Source of the DNA: a virus
Strand: one strand, 5' to 3'
DNA: 64,000 bases
Virus record (IMG/VR): IMGVR_UViG_3300035696_001556
Span: 64,001 to 128,000 of that record
Shown: positions 1 through 9,320 of the stretch, piece after piece
Layout: every line of letters starts with the position of its first letter
How positions within the stretch are numbered: the stretch's first letter is position 1
Translations under genes and position numbers: made by a program
Notes under the pieces: model-generated
Databases searched by the model: none
Seen by the model: the letters and a program-made list of their open reading frames with translations, nothing else
What the model was told of the DNA's origin: nothing

Positions 1-810
1 TTCCAGGGAATTACCGGAGCAATTGGAATTCAAGGTATAACTGGACAAAATGGAGTAACAGGATCAGTAGGAGTTACAGGTTCAGTTGGAATAACTGGGT
101 CTAGTGGAATTACCGGATCCACTGCTCCTACTGGAATTCAAGGTATAACTGGATTTCAAGGGATAACTGGTGCTGTTGGAATTCAGGGAATTACAGGAAA
201 TAATGGAGTAACAGGATCAGTAGGAGTTACAGGCTCTATTGGAATTACTGGTTCTGTTGGTATAACGGGTTCAACCGCTCCTACAGGGATCCAAGGAATT
301 ACTGGTCCTACTGGAATACAAGGAACAACAGGAAACAACGGAGTTACAGGCTCTGTAGGTATAACAGGCTCTATAGGAATCACAGGGTCTGTAGGGGTAA
401 CTGGATCAGTTGGAGTTACTGGTTCTACCGCACCTACAGGAATCCAAGGAATTACTGGAAATCAAGGTATAACTGGAGCTTCAGGGCTGGCTGTACCAAG
501 AGTTACTACTATCTCTTCGGCTTCTACTATAACTCCAAACACTAATACAACCGATGAAATTATGATTACTGCACTAGGAGTGACCGGTTATTTTGCCACA
601 CCAACAGGTAACCCAAGTGAAGGACAAAGATTATTATTTAATATCTTAGACAACTCATCGGCGCAAGGATTACTGTTCTCTTCTTCCTATATCCCCATGG
701 GAACGACTTTACCGACAACCACAACCGCTGGTAAATATATGTATTTGGAATTTGTATATAATCGCACACTTACTGATTGGTGCCTGTTAGCTTCAGCGAC
801 ACAATCTTAA
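1..810 (+). CDS. Collagen-like (Gly-x-Thr-Gly-x-x) fibre/appendage protein, 5'-partial
   Basis: Frame 1 is open from base 1 ([27 protein letters not shown]...) and runs in frame into the listed 562..810 ORF. It ends in a globular C-terminal domain ([12 protein letters not shown]...[14 protein letters not shown]...WCLLA). Confidence 0.88.
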   Translation, partial: FQGITGAIGIQGITGQNGVTGSVGVTGSVGITGSSGITGSTAPTGIQGITGFQGITGAVGIQGITGNNGVTGSVGVTGSIGITGSVGITGSTAPTGIQGITGPTGIQGTTGNNGVTGSVGITGSIGITGSVGVTGSVGVTGSTAPTGIQGITGNQGITGASGLAVPRVTTISSASTITPNTNTTDEIMITALGVTGYFATPTGNPSEGQRLLFNILDNSSAQGLLFSSSYIPMGTTLPTTTTAGKYMYLEFVYNRTLTDWCLLASATQS

Positions 811-822
811 AGGGAAGATAAT

Positions 823-1236
823 ATGGCAGAACTATTAATTAAAGCAATTTCAGCAAATCATTCAGATCCTATTAAGAATGAGCAAGGATGCTATAAGCGT
901 GGCGACATAGTTGATGTTCGTCCTGATGGATTTGGATGGGGTAATTCAGAAGGACTTCCAAATTTTGTCAGGATCGGGGTCACGGGAGTGGATGCTTCAT
1001 CCATTAAGAATTTCATGGTGTCTCATTATGGCATGACTGGGATCCAGGGAGTGACTGGACTTTTCGAGACCAGACAGGTGGTGCTTAAACGCAGGCTATG
1101 GAATGTTCTTCTTGATGATGCGTCCATGCCCCAGACAATAAAGGACTCCTTGAATAGCACTGGAAGAGTGACAGTCACAAAGGATCAGATACAGGGCTTT
1201 GTGCAGAATAAATCAACATCAGAGACATGGAAATAA
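823..1236 (+). CDS. Hypothetical virion-associated protein
   Basis: 137 aa ORF with RBS AGGGA, tightly packed between fibre genes. It carries GVTG and GMTGIQGVTG motifs. Confidence 0.75.
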   Translation: MAELLIKAISANHSDPIKNEQGCYKRGDIVDVRPDGFGWGNSEGLPNFVRIGVTGVDASSIKNFMVSHYGMTGIQGVTGLFETRQVVLKRRLWNVLLDDASMPQTIKDSLNSTGRVTVTKDQIQGFVQNKSTSETWK

Positions 1237-1245
1237 AAGGGAATT

Positions 1246-2208
1246 ATGGCTACCGTCATTACGAAAACCATAAAGCCTTCCGGTGGCGATTATACCAGCC
1301 TCTCTAACTGGGAAGCAGGGGAACAGGCTAATCTGGTAGCTTTAAATGAAATAGCGGTCGCTGAATGTTATTCGATGACTGATACTACAAAAGTTAATAT
1401 AAATGGATGGACTACGGGAGCAAATAATTATATAGAAATCTATACCCCCCTCAGTGAAAGACACAAAGGAGTCTGGGATGATAGTAAGTATATATTATCT
1501 ATTGCTAGTGCTTACAGTTATGGATTAATACTAAATGTTTCAAATATATATATAGAAGGTTTACAGATAAGTATAACGGGAGATTTCTCCTATGAAGGCG
1601 GAATAGGGTGTGAAGATAGTACAGGATTTTACAAAATATCTAAAAACATTATACGAGGAGTTTTGAGTAGTGGGGTAGAATCATGTTTTGCAATATCAAC
1701 AACCAGTGGTGCATACATATGGAACAATATTATATATGGATGGAAAGAAGTGACAGGAAATATTAATGGGGTATTTCTAACAAATGGCCCTGGATATGCT
1801 TATAATAACACAATCGTAAATTGTTTTGATGGTGCATATAATCCTTACGGTGGAGGGATAACACTGGTAAATAATATTTTTTCTTCTTGTACTAACGATG
1901 TAGATGATACTTCATATGCAAGTGTAACAGCTACTTACTGTTCGACTACTAATGACAACACAAAAGGACTAACTCCTTCTGGTACTGGCAACAGGTTTTC
2001 GCAGTCCTTTGCCTTCGTGAATCCAGGCTCTAATAACTATCAACTTGCCCAAAATGATACAGGAGCAAAGGGTTGGGGTGAGACCGATCCGGGATCTGGT
2101 CTCTTCTCCGACGACATCAATGGTCTGACCCGCACAGTTCCTTGGGATATCGGGGCTGAAAAATATGTAGCTCCAGCAGGTTCTCTATGGTTTTTTAATT
2201 GGGGTTAA
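1246..2208 (+). CDS. Right-handed parallel beta-helix virion protein (putative appendage/receptor-binding)
   Basis: Beta-helix repeats (IWNNIIYG, AYNNTIVN, LVNNIFSS) and a C-terminal FVN..NYQL...DI.G..R...WDIGA.KY motif. Confidence 0.75.
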   Translation: MATVITKTIKPSGGDYTSLSNWEAGEQANLVALNEIAVAECYSMTDTTKVNINGWTTGANNYIEIYTPLSERHKGVWDDSKYILSIASAYSYGLILNVSNIYIEGLQISITGDFSYEGGIGCEDSTGFYKISKNIIRGVLSSGVESCFAISTTSGAYIWNNIIYGWKEVTGNINGVFLTNGPGYAYNNTIVNCFDGAYNPYGGGITLVNNIFSSCTNDVDDTSYASVTATYCSTTNDNTKGLTPSGTGNRFSQSFAFVNPGSNNYQLAQNDTGAKGWGETDPGSGLFSDDINGLTRTVPWDIGAEKYVAPAGSLWFFNWG

Positions 2209-2218
2209 TCCTATTAAA

Positions 2219-2226
2219 CTATTAAT
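2219..2226 (+). promoter_or_regulatory. Putative late promoter motif CTATTAAT
   Basis: Same octamer recurs in several intergenic gaps. Here it starts 34 nt before ATG 2253. Confidence 0.5.
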
Positions 2227-2252
2227 ACTATCAGTTATATAGAGGTAATCGT

Positions 2253-3483
2253 ATGGCTTTTCCTTCAAGCCCATCAGACGGCCAAACATATATAAATGAA
2301 TGCTCTAGGGACTGTATTTATTTTTAATGCATCTAGAGGTGTATGGTTAGTAGACTCACAAGGTGCGACTGGAGCTGCTGGTGTAACCGGATCCGCTGGA
2401 GTTAATGGAGCAACTGGTCAAAATGGAATTACAGGTTCGGTTGGTATAACTGGATCTATTGGAGTCACCGGATCTCCAAGCTTTCAAGGTATAACTGGAT
2501 TAAATGGGGTAACCGGAGCTTTTGGGGTCACAGGATCTTCTGGGCCTACTGGTGCAAATGGAGTAACAGGATCAGTAGGAGTAACTGGATCTTTAGGAGT
2601 CACTGGATCTACTGGTCTTCAAGGTATAACTGGATTAAATGGAGTAACTGGGTCTCTAGGAGTAACAGGAGCATTAGGAGTAACTGGATCATTAGGAGTA
2701 ACTGGATCATTTGGGATAACTGGCACACAATATCTTTCTATATATACAGGGGCTAATGGAATAACAGGGGCTAATGGAATAACAGGATCTTTGGGAGTAA
2801 CCGGGTCATTAGGAGTAACAGGGTCCATAGGGATAACAGGTGTCTATGGATCTAATATACAAGTTCTAACATTTGGAACCGTATCTTATACACCAACATC
2901 AGGCACAACTAGAGCACATTTAGATTTGTGGGGAGGTGGAGGAGCTGGAGGAGGATCAACTGGAACGGGATCCGTGGGTGGTGGAGGAGGATCCGGTGGA
3001 TATGCAGCATACTTTTTCACTGGCATGGGATCTGGACCTTATACGGTTGCAGTAGGTGTAGGTGGAACAGGAATAGCTGGAATGCCAGGATGGACAGGTG
3101 GTAATACTACATTTAATACTGGCTCTGTTACAATTACGGCATATGGTGGATCAGGTGCTGGTTGTACTTCTGCTGCAACAAACGTTATAGCTGGAGGAGC
3201 AGGCGGTACAGTATCAACTAATGGAACAGTAAATGGAGCAGGACAACCCGGATTACCGGCTGTTGTAACCGCAACAGGAAATATATATTTGTCTGGTAGT
3301 GGCGGATCGACGTCATTAGGTGGTGGAGGAGTTGGCATAGTTAATTCAGTTGGTTCACCTGGAAATGATGCAGTCGCTAATACAGGGTCAGGTGGTGGCG
3401 GAGCTGGTTTGACTGGAATAGCAGCTCAGCGTGGTGGTAATGGAGCAGCTGGAAGAATAGTTATAACGGAATATAGAGGATGA
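2253..3483 (+). CDS. Collagen-like + glycine-rich fibre protein, frameshifted near its 5' end by an AATG duplication (intact downstream frame 2296..3483)
   Basis: RBS AGAGGT precedes ATG 2253 (MAFPSSPSDGQTYIN). AATGAATG lies at 2295-2302; removing one copy fuses this start to ALGTVFIFNASRGVW. GxTGxx collagen and a Gly-rich domain (LWGGGGAGG...GRIVITEY) follow. Confidence 0.75.
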
Positions 3484-3487
3484 TTTT

Positions 3488-4930
3488 ATGGCTTTCATGT
3501 GGTATATAAATCCTGAATCGCAAACAGAAGATGGCTTCACTCCAGCCACAGGATATCACAGTTATCTTAATTTGAGTATCAGCAGAACGCTGAGTGATGG
3601 TGATGTTGTAAACTTTGTGAATAACGGTATCATAGACGACAGCTCCAGTGCTCTTTTTGTCATATCCAACAGTATCACACTCCAATCCTGGCCTAGTAAT
3701 ACATCTAAACCTACCTGGAAAACGGCTCAGGAAGTCTCAATAATAGGAACTTCGTCTTTCAGTATGTCTAGCCTTGTCTTGGTTGGAACAACTAATTTTT
3801 TAATAAACGGATATTTAAACAGCCCAGCTGATCCTACCTGTAAGTATGTCTCTATAAATAAGTGCGACTTTTCTCTCAATGCCAGTGTAATAATCTATGG
3901 AATAACCAGCGGATCCATCGTTAATAATATTTTCAGGAACAATACTTCTACACCTTTGCACATAGATAATGTCTCTGGAAGCACAATACCAAATATTGAC
4001 GGTGTAGCAATAAATAACAATACTTTTTATGGCATAATGCCAGTCAGGACTTACTGTATATCTGTAGAAACAGATTTTGATGTAAATAATTTTAAGATTT
4101 TGAATAATATTTACAGTACGGCAAATGGAAGTTTATATTTTTATATTCAGCCAAATGCTTCCGCCACAAATATCCTTATAGACTACGATTTGGATTACAA
4201 TGCTGGAGATATCTATATATCGTATCCGGGCTTTACTAGTATACTTAGCCCGAATAGCATACACAATACTGATCCTCTTTTAACAGACCCAGCTAACGGG
4301 GATTTCACGTTACAGAGTGATAGCCCTTGTATAAATAGAGGTATCGATAACAGCACAGACCCATCCGTACCTACAGACGATTTCATAGGCACACACAGAC
4401 CCAACAGCGTTCATACAGATATCGGTGCGTATGAGTACATTTTCCCGATACCACCGGTACCGCCTCCGCCTTATCCTTCCGTTGCAAGCTTTTATCCTGG
4501 GTATCGTTTGCAGAATGAAGATTTAAATATGAGCTTCTATGCCCAAGGATTGGTGTATCCAGCTGGTTTAACATACTCTTATACGCCATACAGTGTCAGC
4601 TATGAGATAGATTACATAGATGCGTACGGAGATTTTGTACTAATAGGATCTACAAGCAGGATACCACAACTTGTGGTTAAAGGGACTTATAGGCCTAATT
4701 TAATCATAGAGGATAGCTGGACTCCAGGACAATACCAGATTACCTGGAAATATCAGATATCAGGAGATTCGGATTTTCAGTATTATTCGGAGATATTTGA
4801 TGTTGTGGATCTCGGTGTGCATTATGTTCCATTTGAAATAAATGTTTGTAACTTGAATCTACCAGCAATTTTTAATGTGATCCAAGAGACGTCCTACGAC
4901 CTCCCAGGATCGTTTATGATCACTCCTTAG
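3488..4930 (+). CDS. Beta-helix virion protein with a C-terminal domain resembling the N-terminus of the 6019 neck protein
   Basis: Beta-helix repeats (IVNNIF, INNNTF, ILNNIY), DPLLTDPANGDFTLQSDSPCINRG...DIGAYEY motif, Pro linker PIPPVPPPPYP, then a domain alignable by eye with the 6019 ORF. Confidence 0.75.
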   Translation: MAFMWYINPESQTEDGFTPATGYHSYLNLSISRTLSDGDVVNFVNNGIIDDSSSALFVISNSITLQSWPSNTSKPTWKTAQEVSIIGTSSFSMSSLVLVGTTNFLINGYLNSPADPTCKYVSINKCDFSLNASVIIYGITSGSIVNNIFRNNTSTPLHIDNVSGSTIPNIDGVAINNNTFYGIMPVRTYCISVETDFDVNNFKILNNIYSTANGSLYFYIQPNASATNILIDYDLDYNAGDIYISYPGFTSILSPNSIHNTDPLLTDPANGDFTLQSDSPCINRGIDNSTDPSVPTDDFIGTHRPNSVHTDIGAYEYIFPIPPVPPPPYPSVASFYPGYRLQNEDLNMSFYAQGLVYPAGLTYSYTPYSVSYEIDYIDAYGDFVLIGSTSRIPQLVVKGTYRPNLIIEDSWTPGQYQITWKYQISGDSDFQYYSEIFDVVDLGVHYVPFEINVCNLNLPAIFNVIQETSYDLPGSFMITP

Positions 4931-5258
4931 CCCAGCAAAGCCTCCAGACGGCTATAACATCGAAGGGGGTGTCTAGATACATAGGAAGCTCTTCTACAGG
5001 GGTCTCATAGAGAAGGAGATATACCATTTGGTATGGATGTATTTCGGAGGAGCCCCCGTTGGCGGTTTTTCCCACTTCTGCGAATTCGTGGATTTTGCTT
5101 CTGATCTTGTCGGGGCCGTCTTTTTTGTAGTTTCTTATAAGATTTATGGTATTTCGTATGGCTGATTCGGCGGTATTAGAGGAAAAAAAACCTGGGATTC
5201 CTAGAAGTTCTAGGTGCCTCAACAGGTCTTCCAGGTCCTCCATCGTATACTCAATCAT
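4920..5258 (-). CDS. Small hypothetical protein, the only convincing minus-strand gene
   Basis: Strong RBS GGGAGGT and its own TTGGAT-N17-TATATT promoter. It fills an otherwise empty gap and overlaps the 3488 gene convergently by 11 bp. Confidence 0.75.
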   Translation of the reverse strand: MIEYTMEDLEDLLRHLELLGIPGFFSSNTAESAIRNTINLIRNYKKDGPDKIRSKIHEFAEVGKTANGGSSEIHPYQMVYLLLYETPVEELPMYLDTPFDVIAVWRLCWAKE

Positions 5259-5274
5259 AGATACCTCCCACTAT

Positions 5275-5304
5275 AATATACTTTTTTGTAAGGCTCGATC
5301 CAAG
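5275..5304 (-). promoter_or_regulatory. sigma70-like promoter CTTGGAT-N17-TATATT
   Basis: On the minus strand, -35 TTGGAT (5303-5298), a 17-nt spacer and -10 TATATT (5280-5275). The same elements occur at 6936-6965. Confidence 0.6.
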
Positions 5305-5370
5305 AAAATAATAAGCTATTCATAAAAAATAATCTTAAGGTATATCAGCTCAATTTTATGAGGGGATAAT

Positions 5371-6003
5371 ATGTCGTTGGAAAATCCACTATTCAGACAG
5401 CTGGTCAGGATCATCATAGCAGGAATCCTTGAGACGGGGAAAGACGCTTATAAAATGCTATTTTGGAAGTTTGGCCAAAATATTAAAGAAGCTGCCCGTT
5501 TCATGTGGGAGAACAGAAACAGGGATCCTTTTAAACAAATAGGTGGCGAAGAAGTTCCTATGGCAACTGCTCAAAGTTTATATCAGCTTGTTAAGAGGAT
5601 CGCAACTAATGCATATGATAGCGAAATAGTGAACATGGCAAAAACTTTTGTACTACTGAATAGTAGAACCGCCCAGATGCCAACAGATTTAGGCAAAGAG
5701 CTATATACTTCTTTACAAAACTTACAGAGAACTTTTAGAAATGTCCCACCTATAGTTAGAAATGATTTGATGACACAAAGAGGTAATCTAACGGAGGAAC
5801 AGTTTTATAATACAATAAATATAGCTACCAAAGAAATACAATACGCGCAAGCTTTACATAATAGAGCTTTTCTTGAAAAAGAGGAAAGGCAACCTGGATC
5901 TGCGGCTCCGACTCCGGTATCACCAACTGGTATGCTTTATGGTAAGGAAGCCAGCGTATTCAGGAATTTAAATATAGTTTTGGCTTATATAGACTCCTTA
6001 TAA
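5371..6003 (+). CDS. Hypothetical protein, possible internal head protein
   Basis: 210 aa, RBS GAGGGG, several K/R-x-A motifs (KEAA, RIAT, RTAQ, KEAS). Confidence 0.7.
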   Translation: MSLENPLFRQLVRIIIAGILETGKDAYKMLFWKFGQNIKEAARFMWENRNRDPFKQIGGEEVPMATAQSLYQLVKRIATNAYDSEIVNMAKTFVLLNSRTAQMPTDLGKELYTSLQNLQRTFRNVPPIVRNDLMTQRGNLTEEQFYNTINIATKEIQYAQALHNRAFLEKEERQPGSAAPTPVSPTGMLYGKEASVFRNLNIVLAYIDSL

Positions 6004-6018
6004 GCAAAGGAAGATGCC

Positions 6019-6915
6019 ATGTCAGTAACTTTTTATCAGGGTCAATCTTTAACGTCCAGTGATTTGAAAATAATAATAAGAGATCCGACAGGAGTCCCTA
6101 TAGATCCTTATTATATCAGATATTCTTTGTTTGATAATACGACCGGTGTACTGGTTTTAATAGGAAATCCAGATCAAATACCAGCTACTACCGGAGTAGG
6201 GCAGTATTATTCCAATGCCGTAATACCTCTGGATGCTAATCTTGGAGATTGGGTCATACAGTGGCATTTTATGCTGACTCCAACTTCTCCTCTCATCGAA
6301 GTAGTTCAAGAATTTACTGTCGTAGATAAGACTATAAATTATGAAGTAGCAACGAGCACAGCCCAAAACACTTTGATGACAAGACTGAGAATAATGCTAA
6401 GGGACAACAATCCGGATAGGAACTACCGTTTTAGACCACCATCAACTGAAAAGTTCATGCAGACTCGGACTCAAGTTTTCGGATACATCTGGGAAGATGA
6501 AGAGCTCTACGAATGTCTTCTTATGGCAGTAGATGAATTGAACTCATCGCCGCCTGTTACCAGTGTAACGTTGGATAATATACCGGATCGCTGGAGAACT
6601 AATATTTTGTTGAGAGCTGCAGCTTTCGCTTGTGATTCTGTTACAGCTAATTGGATAGTAGATGAGTATGGATATACAATAAGCGGAGTGTCTTTGGATT
6701 TGGAAAAATCTTCAAAATATCAAGCCCTCGCAGAAAGTTTTTTAACACAGTGGGATAAATCAAGAGAACTTATCAAAGCTTCCATAAAAATTATCAAAGG
6801 ATTGAGTCAGCCTCGATACGGAATAGGTATATCGAGTGCACTTGGTCCTTACAGTAGACCTGGTACTCAGTCAAGAAGAAATTTTATTTCAGGATTTCGT
6901 GGAGGATGGTCTTAA
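6019..6915 (+). CDS. Putative neck / head-tail adaptor protein
   Basis: Beta-rich N-terminal domain followed by a helical adaptor-like region (RLRIMLRD...IWEDEELYECLLMAVDELN...ISGVSLDLEKSSKYQ). Located upstream of the tail genes. Confidence 0.6.
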   Translation: MSVTFYQGQSLTSSDLKIIIRDPTGVPIDPYYIRYSLFDNTTGVLVLIGNPDQIPATTGVGQYYSNAVIPLDANLGDWVIQWHFMLTPTSPLIEVVQEFTVVDKTINYEVATSTAQNTLMTRLRIMLRDNNPDRNYRFRPPSTEKFMQTRTQVFGYIWEDEELYECLLMAVDELNSSPPVTSVTLDNIPDRWRTNILLRAAAFACDSVTANWIVDEYGYTISGVSLDLEKSSKYQALAESFLTQWDKSRELIKASIKIIKGLSQPRYGIGISSALGPYSRPGTQSRRNFISGFRGGWS

Positions 6916-6935
6916 TGGTCCTAGTTAATTTTTCC

Positions 6936-6965
6936 CTTGGATAGTGGTATGCCAAATAGTATATT
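6936..6965 (+). promoter_or_regulatory. sigma70-like promoter CTTGGAT-N17-TATATT
   Basis: TTGGAT 6937-6942, 17-nt spacer, TATATT 6960-6965, then RBS AAGGGG and ATG 6986. Confidence 0.6.
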
Positions 6966-6985
6966 ACTATTAGAAGGGGATCACT

Positions 6986-9271
6986 ATGACGATGCCAAGA
7001 AAAGGTATTACTGCTGATAGGAAGTCTCAGGAGAAACTGGACTTCCTAGTTAATAACTTCAATAGCCATACTCGTCAAGAATTAGCTAATAGTCTCAATG
7101 AATCTCCCCGTTGGGTTAAGAGACAGATTAAACTGCTAAAAGAAAAAGGATTATTAAACAACAAAAGAGATGTTTCAGATGAAATTGTTTGGCCAGAAAA
7201 AATAACTCAAAGAGCCATAGATCTAAGAACAAACAAGTTATCATCTGCTGAGGATATTTCTAAAGTTCTCAAAGAAGAGTTTAATTTTGAAGTCCCCACC
7301 TATACTGTAGAACACCATCTGATAAATAAAATAGGTTGTAAATTTCCGTCCAAAGAAGAATGGCTACATAAACATCTCCCGTATGATTATGCCAAAAAGT
7401 TGATTGAAAAAGGTAATAGAATTTCTGATATTAGTTTTATTTTAAAGAGAGATTTAGGAGTATATGTCTCCGATGATATTATCCTGCTTTATATTAAAAA
7501 AATAGGACTCGTCAGCTTAAGAGAGTATGAGGTTAACAAAATAAATGAAAAAGTTAGTTCTGTAGACAAAAGTTGGATAGAAGATAAAATAAAAGGTAGA
7601 ATAAATATGGTTAATCTGTGCAAAGAAATGGGAGCATCTAAAACGGTAGTAATTAGAAGATTAAAAAAGGAGAATCTTAAAGTCATTGATGATAGAAAAA
7701 TATGGTCAAAAAATTTAGAATATCTGAGAGACTATTTAATTAATCTCCCAAAACCCGACTTTATTATGACCAAAGAAGACATACACCAATGCATACTGGG
7801 ATGGCTTGCAGGAGATGGACACTTAAATAAAGACGGTCGTTTCGTAATTAATCATAGTCTAGCCCAGTTATCTTACTTATATGTTAAAAGACAAGTTTTG
7901 TATAGCAACTATTCTACTGTAACTACAGTACCGGCGCAGCACTATTCAATGGCTAAGGATTCTATATATTTAGGAGGAAAGGAACAGATTGGTATTTCTT
8001 GTTTAGGATTGGTAGATTATTTAAAGTATCTTAATGAAGACGGGTCAAAAAATTTTGAAAAGATTATTTCAGAATTAACAGATCTTGGCTGGGCTTGTTA
8101 TTACATGGACGATGGATCTTTTTTTTCTGGAGGTCTGACTCTGAGTATGAGCGAAAAACGGGCATCTTATTTTGAGAATAAGTATAATTTTGGCGAAATA
8201 ATTAAAACAAGTAAATCCTCTCTTAAAATTAAGAGTATCAATGCAGATTATGTCATTCCATGTATGGATAGTAAGGTACCCTTGTACTCAAACTTAGGAT
8301 CTTTTTGGATGAAGTATTTTCCTGAGATTTTTAATGTAGAGATAAGAAATGATTTTGATTTATGTTTTGTAAATAAATATATAACAGAGAAATCAGAAGG
8401 GCTGCTTAACAGAATAACAGAGTATTATCAAAAAAGAGGGTTTCCTTATTTTAATATTAATGATGATTATCTTAAGAAAGAATATGATAAGTTGAAAAAC
8501 TTAGATACCAAGTATATTTGGAGAGATGAGCACACTGTTAAATATTTAGATGTAGGTAATAGAATATTTAAGAATTTTATGCCACACATGGCGGAAGCCA
8601 GCTACAGAGGTAACTCTCCTTATAGCACTTTTAATGGCTTTTCTTCTTTAAGATCAGCACTTGTATATACACTTAAATCAAATAAAACTATCTTGCCAGA
8701 TTTTTTATTTAATAGTCTTGTATATTTTAATGGGGGAGTAGCAGGTTTTCCTTGTGGTGTCGCCAAGGCGATAGTAGAAAAATATACAGCACCGGGAGAT
8801 TTGGTAGTAGATCCTTGTGCCGGTTGGGGTGGAAGGTTGCTAGGGGCTGCTTCATCATCTAGGTCATATTTTGGATTTGAGCTTTGGGATAAAACAATTA
8901 ATGGTTTAAATTCGATTATAGACTATTATGATTTACAAGACAGAGCACAAGTGATATGTTCAGACTTTGATAGTAGTAAAGCACCTAAATCTTGCAACTT
9001 AATCTTGACATCGCCACCTTATATTGATCTGGAGGTCTATGGTAAAAGCATGAATAAAGAAAAGTGGATGCTACTTATTAATAAGATGTTTTTATATGCA
9101 GAAATGGCTTTGGTTCCCGGTGGTTTTTTTGTACTTAATATCCCCAGATATCTAAAAGAATACCTTCCCAAAACTTCTCTTCTGGAAAAAGAAACCAAGT
9201 ATTGGTTTACTTCTTCAAGAAAAAGAGACCTCTCTAGTGCTGAACTTCTGTTAGTTTGGCAAAAGTTATAA
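6986..9271 (+). CDS. Fusion of HTH repeats, LAGLIDADG endonuclease and amino (N6A/N4C) DNA methyltransferase
   Basis: HTH-like segments (TRQELANSLNESPRWVKRQI; MVNLCKEMGASKTVVIRRL), LAGLIDADG motifs ILGWLAGDGHL and WACYYMDDGS, SAM-binding motif I VVDPCAGWGGRLLGA and catalytic motif IV LILTSPPY. Confidence 0.82.
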   Translation: MTMPRKGITADRKSQEKLDFLVNNFNSHTRQELANSLNESPRWVKRQIKLLKEKGLLNNKRDVSDEIVWPEKITQRAIDLRTNKLSSAEDISKVLKEEFNFEVPTYTVEHHLINKIGCKFPSKEEWLHKHLPYDYAKKLIEKGNRISDISFILKRDLGVYVSDDIILLYIKKIGLVSLREYEVNKINEKVSSVDKSWIEDKIKGRINMVNLCKEMGASKTVVIRRLKKENLKVIDDRKIWSKNLEYLRDYLINLPKPDFIMTKEDIHQCILGWLAGDGHLNKDGRFVINHSLAQLSYLYVKRQVLYSNYSTVTTVPAQHYSMAKDSIYLGGKEQIGISCLGLVDYLKYLNEDGSKNFEKIISELTDLGWACYYMDDGSFFSGGLTLSMSEKRASYFENKYNFGEIIKTSKSSLKIKSINADYVIPCMDSKVPLYSNLGSFWMKYFPEIFNVEIRNDFDLCFVNKYITEKSEGLLNRITEYYQKRGFPYFNINDDYLKKEYDKLKNLDTKYIWRDEHTVKYLDVGNRIFKNFMPHMAEASYRGNSPYSTFNGFSSLRSALVYTLKSNKTILPDFLFNSLVYFNGGVAGFPCGVAKAIVEKYTAPGDLVVDPCAGWGGRLLGAASSSRSYFGFELWDKTINGLNSIIDYYDLQDRAQVICSDFDSSKAPKSCNLILTSPPYIDLEVYGKSMNKEKWMLLINKMFLYAEMALVPGGFFVLNIPRYLKEYLPKTSLLEKETKYWFTSSRKRDLSSAELLLVWQKL

Positions 9272-9320
9272 CCTTCTAATAAAAATCCCTAATTGACAGA
9301 CCTTGTTTTAACGAGGCATT

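Noticed and set aside
1-480. Short periodic DNA repeats resembling an array
   Set aside because: The 9/18-bp periodicity comes from Gly-x-Thr-Gly-x-x coding with variable third positions. It is not CRISPR: no constant repeat with unique spacers, and no cas genes.
183-3338. Pro-rich minus-strand ORFs (183..383, 2619..2828, 3039..3338; likewise 62350..62535)
   Set aside because: These are antisense shadows of Gly-codon repeats (GGN reads as NCC). They have no RBS or independent signal.
6986-9271. Intein or group I intron explanation for the LAGLIDADG domain
   Set aside because: No recognisable intein N-terminal block or His-Asn/Cys-Ser-Thr junction. The upstream gene ends normally and the ORF has its own promoter and RBS.
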